A DNA stretch of 38,496 bases, taken from Acidobacteriota bacterium (lineage in GTDB: Bacteria > Acidobacteriota > UBA4820 > DSQY01). Made by a program: the position numbers and the translations under genes. The first letter of the stretch is position 1, and the number at the start of each line of letters is the position of its first letter. The stretch spans positions 1 through 38,496 of the forward strand of contig JAKAIJ010000002.1 in the NCBI GenBank assembly GCA_021814355.1. The letters are read 5' to 3'. This document shows, piece by piece, positions 17,915-25,232 of the stretch. The notes beneath the pieces are model-generated. The model worked only from the letters and a program-made list of their open reading frames with translations. It searched no databases and was not told the origin of the DNA.

Positions 17915-18757
17915 TCAGAGCTTTTGCCAGACGGCCACGCGCAGCCGGCCCGCGAGGTCCCTCACCCCGCGGAGCCAGCGCAGGCTGGGGGAGAGACGGC
18001 GCAGGGAGCGGGCCCTGCGCGCCTGCGCCACGCCCAGCTCGGCCACCAGGTGCCCGCCGGGCCGTAGCGCCTGTTCGGCCCACCGCCCCAGGTGCCGGTA
18101 CGGCCCGAGCGGGTCGCCGCTGGGGATCAGGAGCGCCGCCCGCGGCTCGTGGTCGCGGACCTCCGGAGGAAGGGAGGGCCACTCCTTCGCGGTGATGTAA
18201 GGCGGGTTGCTCACCAGGAGGTCCAGGCCCGCGAAGGGGCAGGGGCCCTCGAGATCCGCCCGGACGAGCCGGGCGCGGGCCGCGGCGGCGAGGTTGCGTC
18301 GGGCCCACGCGAGCGCCTCCCGCTCCCGCTCCGCGCCCCAGAGGACGGCCCCGGGGTGCTCCCGCGCCAGCGCCGCCAGGACGCACCCGGACCCCACGCC
18401 CACCTCCAGGACGCGGGGCGCGGGTTCCTCGCCGAGGCAGAGGAGCGACTGCTCTACCAGGTGCTCGGTCTCGGGACGGGGAATCAGGCAGCCCGGGCCG
18501 ACGCGGACGCGGAGGCCCCAGAACTCCTGGAAGCCCCGCAGGTGCTGGAGGGGCTCGCGCGCCTCGCGGCGGTGGAGGAGGGCCTCGAAGATGCCTCCCT
18601 CCCCGCGCGGGAGGGGGGCATCCCGGTGAGCCAGAACCCAAGCCTTGTCGCGGCCCAAGGCGTGGGCCAGCAGAAGCAGAGCGTCGTAGGCGGGATGCGG
18701 AATTCCGACGGCCTTCAGCCGCCGCGCCCCGGAACCGAGCGCGGTTCCTAGTGTCAT
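17915..18757 (-). CDS. prmC: release-factor glutamine N5-methyltransferase
   Basis: Frame of ORF 17915..18925. Start moved to ATG 18755-18757 (MTLGTALGSGARRLKAVGI), which overlaps the upstream stop as ATGA. SAM-binding motif VLEVGVGSGCV. Catalytic NPPY (LLVSNPPYI). Confidence 0.88.
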   Translation of the reverse strand: MTLGTALGSGARRLKAVGIPHPAYDALLLLAHALGRDKAWVLAHRDAPLPRGEGGIFEALLHRREAREPLQHLRGFQEFWGLRVRVGPGCLIPRPETEHLVEQSLLCLGEEPAPRVLEVGVGSGCVLAALAREHPGAVLWGAEREREALAWARRNLAAAARARLVRADLEGPCPFAGLDLLVSNPPYITAKEWPSLPPEVRDHEPRAALLIPSGDPLGPYRHLGRWAEQALRPGGHLVAELGVAQARRARSLRRLSPSLRWLRGVRDLAGRLRVAVWQKL

Positions 18758-19221
18758 CGCTTCCCCCGTATTCCCGCCGGGCTCTCGCTCAGGCGGGGGA
18801 GTGGTCCGACATGTCCGCCAGCGCGATGTCCAGTTGGCGGGCCGCCTCGAAGATGCGCTCGTCCCGGTAGAACTCCCCGAAGAACGAGGCGCCCCACGCC
18901 CGCCGAGGCCAGGAGCTTGAAGCAACCCCAGCAGGGCGACGCCGTGATGTACGCCGTGGCGCCGTCGGTGGAGACGCCGTGCTTGGCGGCCTGGACGATG
19001 GCGTTGGCCTCGGCGTGCGACGTGCGCTCGCAGTGGCCGTTGACGATCATGTGGCCCACCTCGTCGCAGTGGGCGAGGCCGCCCACCGATCCGTTGTAGC
19101 CGGTGGCGATGAGGTACTTGTCCTTCACCAGCACGCAGCCCACGTGCTTCCGATCACAGGTGGCGCGGCTGGCCACCTCGCGCGCGATGTCCATGAAGTA
19201 GGCGTCCCAGGACTTGCGCAT
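18754..19221 (-). CDS. dCMP deaminase / ComEB-family zinc deaminase, with an apparent 1-nt frameshift near 18883
   Basis: Start at ATG 19219-19221 (MRKSWDAYFMDIAREVA), preceded by GGGAGGG. Zinc motifs HAEANAI and PCWGC are present. After GVGRLV the frame yields an Arg/Gly/Pro tail. The adjacent frame instead reads FGEFYRDERIFEAARQLDIALADMSDHSPA, which is family-typical, and stops at 18789. Confidence 0.78.
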   Translation of the reverse strand: MRKSWDAYFMDIAREVASRATCDRKHVGCVLVKDKYLIATGYNGSVGGLAHCDEVGHMIVNGHCERTSHAEANAIVQAAKHGVSTDGATAYITASPCWGCFKLLASAGVGRLVLRGVLPGRAHLRGGPPTGHRAGGHVGPLPRLSESPAGIRGKR

Positions 19222-19270
19222 CGTCCCTCCCGCGGGGCGTCTCCCCGCGCCCATCGTACCACGCCGGCCC

Positions 19271-19279
19271 TGCTATAAT
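19271..19279 (+). promoter_or_regulatory. candidate extended -10 promoter element (TGcTATAAT) for the phosphatase/rnr unit
   Basis: TG at 19271-19272 and TATAAT at 19274-19279, 37 nt upstream of ATG 19316, with GAGGAG at 19301-19306. No good -35 hexamer. Confidence 0.4.
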
Positions 19280-19315
19280 GGCGCCTTCCTCGCGGAGATC
19301 GAGGAGACGCCCGAC

Positions 19316-20071
19316 ATGTACACCGACGTGCACTGCCACCTGCTCCCCGGCGTTGACGACGGCTGCCCCGACTGGGACGCCTCGAAGGCGTGCCTCGACC
19401 GTTGCCGGAGCGAGAAAGTCCGCGCGGTCCTCGTGACCCCCCACATCTGGCCCGACAAGTACCCAAACCGCCCGGCGGAGCTGCGCGAGCGGTTCGCCGC
19501 GTGGAGTTCGCGCGCCGCGGGACTGGGCCTTCAGCTCGCGCTCGGCGCGGAGGTCTACTACCACCACGGCCTGCCCGAGGACCTGGCCGCCGGGAAGCTG
19601 CTGACGCTGGGCGGGGGCCCCCACTTGCTGGTGGAGTTTCCCGTAACGCTCCAGCCGCGGGGGGTGGACGAGACCTTCTACCGGCTCCGCCTCGCGGGGG
19701 CGGAGCCCCTGCTGGCCCACCCGGAGCGCTACGTCTTCGCCCAGCGGGACCCCCGGCGGCTCGCGGCGCTGGCCGAGTCCGGAATCGCCTTCCAGGTGAC
19801 TACCCACTCTCTCGTGGGGACCTTCGGGCCCCAGGTCCAGCGCACCGCCTTCCAGATGCTCGAGAGGGGCTGGGTCGCCCTTGTCGCGTCGGACGCCCAC
19901 CGTCCCGACGCCCGCCCGCCCCTCTTCCGGGAGGCGGTGCGGGTCCTCGAGCGCCGCTACGGCCGGGCCGCCGCGCGCCGCCTCGCCGTGCAGAACCCGC
20001 GCCGGGTCTTCGAGGGGCTCCAGGTCCACCCCGTCCCCTGCGCGCTCCAGCGGCGGGGCCTCTTCGGCTGA
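19316..20071 (+). CDS. PHP-family protein-tyrosine phosphatase (CpsB/YwqE-like)
   Basis: Frame of ORF 19214..20071, start at ATG 19316. N-terminal MYTDVHCHLLPGVDDG matches the D-x-H-x-H...P-G-x-D-D-G signature of CpsB/YwqE phosphatases. Later motifs AHPERY and ASDAH. Confidence 0.8.
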   Translation: MYTDVHCHLLPGVDDGCPDWDASKACLDRCRSEKVRAVLVTPHIWPDKYPNRPAELRERFAAWSSRAAGLGLQLALGAEVYYHHGLPEDLAAGKLLTLGGGPHLLVEFPVTLQPRGVDETFYRLRLAGAEPLLAHPERYVFAQRDPRRLAALAESGIAFQVTTHSLVGTFGPQVQRTAFQMLERGWVALVASDAHRPDARPPLFREAVRVLERRYGRAAARRLAVQNPRRVFEGLQVHPVPCALQRRGLFG

Positions 20072-20075
20072 GCCG

Positions 20076-22178
20076 ATGGCCCTGCGCGAGCGCCTCCTGG
20101 CCCACCTGCGCGCCCTGCCCGCCGGGGAGCTCTCGACCCGCAGCCGCATCGCCGCGGAGTTGGGGCTCTCGCCGCGGGAGCGGCGGGGGCTCGCGCCGCT
20201 GCTCGTCCAGCTCGTCTCGGAGGGGCGGCTCCGATCGAACCGGGGGCGCTACGCCGCCGTCGCGGAACCCGCGGAGGTCTGCGGGACCTTCCACGCGGCC
20301 CGCGGGGCGTACGGTTTCGTCACCCCGGACGGAGCCCCCGACGGCTCCCGGGACGTCTTCATCCCCCCGCCGGCCACGGCCGGCGCCCTGGAGGGCGACC
20401 GCGTCCGGGTCCGCGTGGCCCCGCGTCTTCCGGGAGACAAAGGCCCCGAGGGGGAGGTGACCGCCCTGCTCGCCCGCTCCCGGCGCCCCGTGGCGGGACT
20501 GGTCCGGGGCGGCTTCCTCTATCCCTTCGGCGCCGTCCCGAATCCCATCGCCCTCCCCCGGGGCTCCGCCGGGGAGGGAGGGGTGGCGCTGGTGACCCTT
20601 TGTCCGGGCGAAGGGCCGCCCTTGGCTGAATCGGTGGAGGTCGTGGGTGCCTTCGAGGATCCCCGGACGCCGGTTCGGGTGGCCGAGGCGCGTTACGGCC
20701 TCACCCATGAGTTCCCCCCGGCGGTGGCGCGAGAGGCGGACGCCCTTCCCGAGGAGCCTCCGGCCGGCGACTTGGAGGGGCGGGCGGACCTACGGTTCCT
20801 GCCCGCGGTCACCGTGGACCCCGAGGACGCCAAGGACTTCGACGACGCCCTCTCCCTGCGGCGCGAGGGAGCGGGGTGGCGGCTCTGGGTCCACATCGCC
20901 GACGTCTCGCACTACGTGCGGCCCGGGTCGGCGATGGACGCGGAGGCGCTGCGCCGGGGGAACACCACCTACCTGCCGGGGGTCGCCTACCACATGCTGC
21001 CGTCCCGGCTCTCGGGCGGCCTCTGCTCGCTCGTCGAGGGGCGGGATCGGCTCACCTTCACCGCGGAGCTCGCGGTGGCTCCGGACGGCAGGGTCGCCGA
21101 AGCCCGGTTCCGTAAGGCCGTCATCCGGTCGCGCCGCCGCCTCACCTATGGCGAGGCCCAGGCGGCGCTGGACGGCGAAGGCTCCCTGGAGCCCGATCTA
21201 GCCGCGCTCGTGGGGGAGCTGGGGGCCCTGTCGGAGGTGCTCTCGGCGCGCCGAGCGGCCCGAGGCTCGCTGGACCTGGACCTTCCCGAGGCGGACCTCC
21301 GGTTCGGCCTCACGGGCCGGGTGGAGGAGGTGCTCCCCGCGGCGAGGCTCGCCTCCCACCGGCTCGTGGAGGAGTGCATGCTCCTTGCGAACACCGCCGT
21401 GGCCGAGGCGCTGGAGCGCGCCGGCGCCCCGTGCCTCTACCGCGTCCACGAGGCCCCGGACCCGCGGAAGCTGGAGGCCCTGCGTCCCCTGCTCAACGCG
21501 CTGGGGCTGGGCGAGGCGAGCCGGGGCGACCTGGCGGACCCCGCCATCCTCCGGGCGGTCCTGGAGAGGGCCCGGGGCCACCGGGCGGAGAAGCTGGTCT
21601 CCTACCTCGTCCTGCGGGGCATGATGCAGGCGCGCTACGCCGTGGCCAACGCCGGCCACTTCGGCCTTGCCCTCGCGACCTACGCCCACTTCACGAGTCC
21701 CATCCGCCGTTATCCCGACCTCCTGGTCCACCGCGCCCTCGCGGCGGCGCTGGGCCTTGGCCCCGCGCCGGAGGGGGACCTCGCCTTCGCCGCCGCGCAC
21801 TGCTCGAACGCCGAGCGAGCGGCGGACGCGGCCGAGCGAGAGGTCATGGTGTGGCACCAGATGGCTTTTCTCTCGGGCCGGCTGGGCGACACCTTCGACG
21901 CGCTCGTCCTGGGGTTCTCGCGCGCGGGGATCCGCGTGGAGCTGCTCGACCACCTCATCGAGGGGCTCTGCCCATTCCGGCTGGTGGAGGACGACCGCCT
22001 GCGGGTGGACCCCGACGGCCTGAGGGCGCGCGGCGTCTACTCGGGGGCGGTCCTGCGGGTGGGGGACCCGCTCGCCGTGAGGCTGGTCCGCGTGGACGCC
22101 ACCGCCCTGGAGGCCCAGTTCGTCCCGGAGGGGTGGCCGGGGCCCGTGCGCGGCCGGGGGGGCCGCCGAGGGCGCTAG
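20076..22178 (+). CDS. rnr: ribonuclease R (RNase II/VacB family 3'-5' exoribonuclease)
   Basis: Frame of ORF 19881..22178, start at ATG 20076 (MALRERLL), 4 nt after the upstream stop. RNB core (DPEDAKDFDDALS, WVHIADVSHYV, HFGLA...YAHFTSPIRRYPDLLVHR). S1-like C-terminus and a basic GRGGRRGR tail. The TAG stop lies inside the left arm of repeat A. Confidence 0.9.
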   Translation: MALRERLLAHLRALPAGELSTRSRIAAELGLSPRERRGLAPLLVQLVSEGRLRSNRGRYAAVAEPAEVCGTFHAARGAYGFVTPDGAPDGSRDVFIPPPATAGALEGDRVRVRVAPRLPGDKGPEGEVTALLARSRRPVAGLVRGGFLYPFGAVPNPIALPRGSAGEGGVALVTLCPGEGPPLAESVEVVGAFEDPRTPVRVAEARYGLTHEFPPAVAREADALPEEPPAGDLEGRADLRFLPAVTVDPEDAKDFDDALSLRREGAGWRLWVHIADVSHYVRPGSAMDAEALRRGNTTYLPGVAYHMLPSRLSGGLCSLVEGRDRLTFTAELAVAPDGRVAEARFRKAVIRSRRRLTYGEAQAALDGEGSLEPDLAALVGELGALSEVLSARRAARGSLDLDLPEADLRFGLTGRVEEVLPAARLASHRLVEECMLLANTAVAEALERAGAPCLYRVHEAPDPRKLEALRPLLNALGLGEASRGDLADPAILRAVLERARGHRAEKLVSYLVLRGMMQARYAVANAGHFGLALATYAHFTSPIRRYPDLLVHRALAAALGLGPAPEGDLAFAAAHCSNAERAADAAEREVMVWHQMAFLSGRLGDTFDALVLGFSRAGIRVELLDHLIEGLCPFRLVEDDRLRVDPDGLRARGVYSGAVLRVGDPLAVRLVRVDATALEAQFVPEGWPGPVRGRGGRRGR

Positions 22179-22730
22179 CAGGCGGCTGAGAAACTCGCAT
22201 GGGCCGCGCGCAAGAGGCTTGGGGGGAGGGGTCTGGCCCTCGGAGGATCTCTGGCGCGACGCCAGCGCCCTGGGATGCCACGCAAGGCGCGGGGAGGAGA
22301 CAGATGCAGGGGGCATCGGCGACGAACCGGAACGCGGCGGGGTGCCCAGGCCGCGGCGTCCCTTCGGGTTGCCCCGGAGCCGGGCGTCTTCCATGTCGGC
22401 CCTCGTCTGCGTGCCGTCCCGCACGCCTGCCTCGGGCCTTCGCGAATCTGCACCGATCCGGGGGGCAACGCGCCGGGAGCCCTCCGAGGGCCAGACCCCG
22501 GGATGCTAGGCACGGCGAGGAGGGCGATGCGGTGTCCCATCGTCAACGAGCCGCAACAACGCAGATGGCCCCCAATCCCTTGCGCCCGAATGGGTTGCCG
22601 CGGCACGGCCCCGTCTGCTATGTTGTCGCTCCTAGACGATGTGCGAAGACATCGCCGGCGTCGCGCCGCCTTGCATCCGGAGTCGTGGCGCTGGCAACGC
22701 GGCCTACGGGAGTTTTTCAGCAGCCTGCTA
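22175..22730 (+). repeat. composite hairpin-closed non-coding element, copy A (outer copy of about 284 nt with a nested 272-nt copy at 22228-22499)
   Basis: Arms 22175-22196 and 22710-22730 pair over about 21 bp. The ends are identical to the solo hairpin 17825-17884. A perfect 19-bp inverted repeat (22228-22246 and 22481-22499) bounds the nested part. Only Arg/Pro-rich artefactual ORFs are present. Confidence 0.8.
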
Positions 22731-22778
22731 ACCGCGTCCCCGCGGTATACTCGGACCACGCCCGGAGGGAAGAGCGCG

Positions 22779-24260
22779 ATGCGAATCCGGCCCGTAAAGA
22801 TTGACACCTACCGAGAAAACATCGTCTTTCTCCGCAAGGACTGCGACCTCTGCCGCGCGCAGGGGTTCGCGGCGCTCAGCAAGGTGGAGGTGGCCTCCAA
22901 CGGCCGGTCCCTCGTGGCCGTGCTCCACGTCACCGACGAGCCGTTCTTGGCCAAGGGGGAGGTAGGGCTCTGCGAGTACGCCTTCCAGCAGCTCGGGGTG
23001 CCCGCCGGGGCGGAGGCGCGGGTCCGCCACCTGGATCCCGTGCGCTCCGTGGACCTCGTCCGGAAGAAGCTCCACGGCGAGGTCCTAGACCAGGAGGCCT
23101 ACCGCCGCATCATCCGGGACATCGTGGAGAACCGCTACTCCAAGGTGGAGCTCACGGCCTTCGTCATCGGCTGCGCCCAGGGGTTCATGGACCGCGAGGA
23201 GATCTTCTACCTCTCCCGGGCCATGGTCGAGCAGGGCCAGCGCCTCGACTGGGGTCAGGAGATGGTGGTGGACAAGCACTGCATCGGGGGCATCCCGGGC
23301 AACCGCACCACCATGGTGGTGGTCCCCATCGTGGCGGCCTACGGGCTCACCATCCCCAAGACCTCCTCGCGCTCCATCACCTCCCCAGCGGGCACCGCCG
23401 ACACCATGGAGGTGCTCGCCAACGTGGACCTCACCCTCGAGGACCTGCGGCGGATCGTGAAGGCCGAGGGGGGCTGCCTCGCCTGGGGCGGCTCCTTCGC
23501 CCTGTCGCCCGCCGACGACATCATCATCGCCGTGGAACGGCCCCTCAACATTGACGCCGTGGGCCAGATGATCGCCTCCATCCTCTCGAAGAAGCAGGCC
23601 GCGGGCTCCACGCACGTCCTCATTGACATCCCCGTGGGACCGACGGCCAAGGTCACCACCATGGCCCACGCCACGGCGCTGAAGAAACTGTTCGAGTACG
23701 TGGGCGAGAAGATGGGGATGACCGTGGAGGTGGTGGCCACGGACGGCCGTCAGCCCGTGGGCCGGGGCATCGGGCCCGTGCTGGAGGTCCGCGACGTGAT
23801 GGCGGTCCTCTCCAACGCCCCCGACGCCCCGGCGGACCTGAGGGAGAAGTGCCTGGACCTCGCGGGGCGCATCCTGGACTTTGCCCCCGCCCTGCGGGGC
23901 GGTCACGGGCGGCGCATCGCCGAGCGTATCCTCCACTCGGGGGAGGCCTTCGAGAAGATGCGGCGCATCGTGGAGGCCCAGGGCGCGCGCGCGCCCAGGG
24001 AGCCCGGCCCCATCACCCGCGAGGCCCTGGCCTCCTCGACGGGGACCGTGCTGGCGATAGACAACCACGAGCTCGCGGCCTGCGCCAAGCTCGCCGGTGC
24101 CCCCGTGGACCAGGGGGCGGGACTCGATCTGCTCAAGAAGGTGGGGGATCGGGTGCTCTCCGGGGAGCCGCTCTTCCGCATCCACGCGGAGGAGACGGCG
24201 GACATGGGATTCGCGTGGGACTACTGGACGCGCCACCCCGAGATGGTGGAGATCGGGTAG
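22779..24260 (+). CDS. deoA: AMP phosphorylase-type thymidine phosphorylase family protein
   Basis: Frame of ORF 22275..24260, ATG 22779 preceded by GGAGGGA. The roughly 85-aa N-terminal extension (MRIRPVKIDTYRENIVFLRKD...) is typical of the archaeal-type subfamily. Core motifs VDKHCIGGIPGNRTT and KTSSRSITSPAGTADTME. The neighbouring R15P isomerase and RuBisCO genes support the call. Confidence 0.78.
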   Translation: MRIRPVKIDTYRENIVFLRKDCDLCRAQGFAALSKVEVASNGRSLVAVLHVTDEPFLAKGEVGLCEYAFQQLGVPAGAEARVRHLDPVRSVDLVRKKLHGEVLDQEAYRRIIRDIVENRYSKVELTAFVIGCAQGFMDREEIFYLSRAMVEQGQRLDWGQEMVVDKHCIGGIPGNRTTMVVVPIVAAYGLTIPKTSSRSITSPAGTADTMEVLANVDLTLEDLRRIVKAEGGCLAWGGSFALSPADDIIIAVERPLNIDAVGQMIASILSKKQAAGSTHVLIDIPVGPTAKVTTMAHATALKKLFEYVGEKMGMTVEVVATDGRQPVGRGIGPVLEVRDVMAVLSNAPDAPADLREKCLDLAGRILDFAPALRGGHGRRIAERILHSGEAFEKMRRIVEAQGARAPREPGPITREALASSTGTVLAIDNHELAACAKLAGAPVDQGAGLDLLKKVGDRVLSGEPLFRIHAEETADMGFAWDYWTRHPEMVEIG

Positions 24261-24289
24261 CCCGCGGCGTCCGGAGGGCGGAAGGCGGC

Positions 24290-25156
24290 ATGGGCAGGGT
24301 GGACGAGGCGGTCCGCAGAATCCGCGCCCTGGAGATCCAGGGGGCGAACGCCATTGCCCGCGCCGCCCTCGCCGCCCTGGCGGCGGACCTGGACGCGGAT
24401 CGGGCGGCGGACGGCGCCGCCCTGGCCGCCGCGCTCTCGGGGGCCCGGCCCAACGAACCCATGCTGCGCAACCTCCTGGCCCGGTTCCTGGAGGTGCCGG
24501 TCCCACCCGGCGGGCGCCGCGCCCGCGCCGAGGAGCTCTTGTGCGGCCTCGACGAGGACGAGCGGCGCATCGCCGCGACCGGCGCCGGGCTGGTGCGCGA
24601 CGGGATGAGCGTCTTCACGCACTGCCACTCGAGCACCGCCGTGGCCATCCTGCTGGAGGCCCACCGCCTGGGGCGCAGGTTCCGGGTCCTCAACACCGAG
24701 ACCCGTCCCCGCTACCAGGGGCGCATCACCGCTCGGGAGCTGGCCGCCGCGGGGGTGGAGGTGGTCCACATGGTGGACGCCGCGGCCAAGCGCGCGCTGG
24801 ACGGGGCGGACCTCTTCCTCTTCGGGGCCGACGCGGTCCTCGGCTCCGGGTACCTGGTGAACAAGGTGGGCACGGGGCTCTTCTGCGTCGTGGCGGCGCG
24901 GTACGGGGTGCCCATCTACTGCGCCACCCACACCCTCAAGGTGGTCCGGGACCGGGCGGACGAGGCCGTGGAGCAGCGCGACCCGAAGGAGGTCTGGCCC
25001 GACGCCCCCGCCGGCGTCGTGGTCGAGAACCCCGCCTTCGACAAGGTCTCGCTCCAGTACGTCACCGCCTTCGTCACGGAGCGCGGCCTGCTCGCCGACA
25101 TTCTCGCCGGAACGCCCGCCGCGGACGCTGGTGTGGCGAGTTGGAAAGACGATTGA
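24290..25156 (+). CDS. ribose-1,5-bisphosphate isomerase (eIF-2B alpha/beta/delta-like family)
   Basis: Frame of ORF 23849..25156, ATG 24290 (MGRVDEAVRRIRALEIQGANAIA). Motifs VFTHCHSSTAV, ETRPRYQGR and FGADAVLGSGYLVNKVGT. An MtnA-type isomerase cannot be excluded on sequence alone; the gene context favours R15P isomerase. Confidence 0.72.
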   Translation: MGRVDEAVRRIRALEIQGANAIARAALAALAADLDADRAADGAALAAALSGARPNEPMLRNLLARFLEVPVPPGGRRARAEELLCGLDEDERRIAATGAGLVRDGMSVFTHCHSSTAVAILLEAHRLGRRFRVLNTETRPRYQGRITARELAAAGVEVVHMVDAAAKRALDGADLFLFGADAVLGSGYLVNKVGTGLFCVVAARYGVPIYCATHTLKVVRDRADEAVEQRDPKEVWPDAPAGVVVENPAFDKVSLQYVTAFVTERGLLADILAGTPAADAGVASWKDD

Positions 25157-25232
25157 ACCGACCTCGCCACACTGCGGATGGTGGCGGGACCATTTCTTCC
25201 TGTGCTATCCTCGCGCCCGGAAAGGGAGGCAC

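Noticed and set aside
22175-22196. Hammerhead-like core (CTGAG...GAAAC) in the element arm, considered as a self-cleaving ribozyme.
   Set aside because: Only a loose resemblance. The CUGAUGA and GAAA boxes are not arranged around three helices, and arms C and A-inner lack the motif entirely.
22199-22804. ORFs inside repeat element A (22199..22804 201 aa, 22219..22509 96 aa, 22175..22807 minus strand 210 aa), considered as a possible transposase or small protein of the element.
   Set aside because: The translations are Arg/Pro/Gly-rich with no catalytic motifs. The frames are not conserved in copies B and C, which differ by indels.
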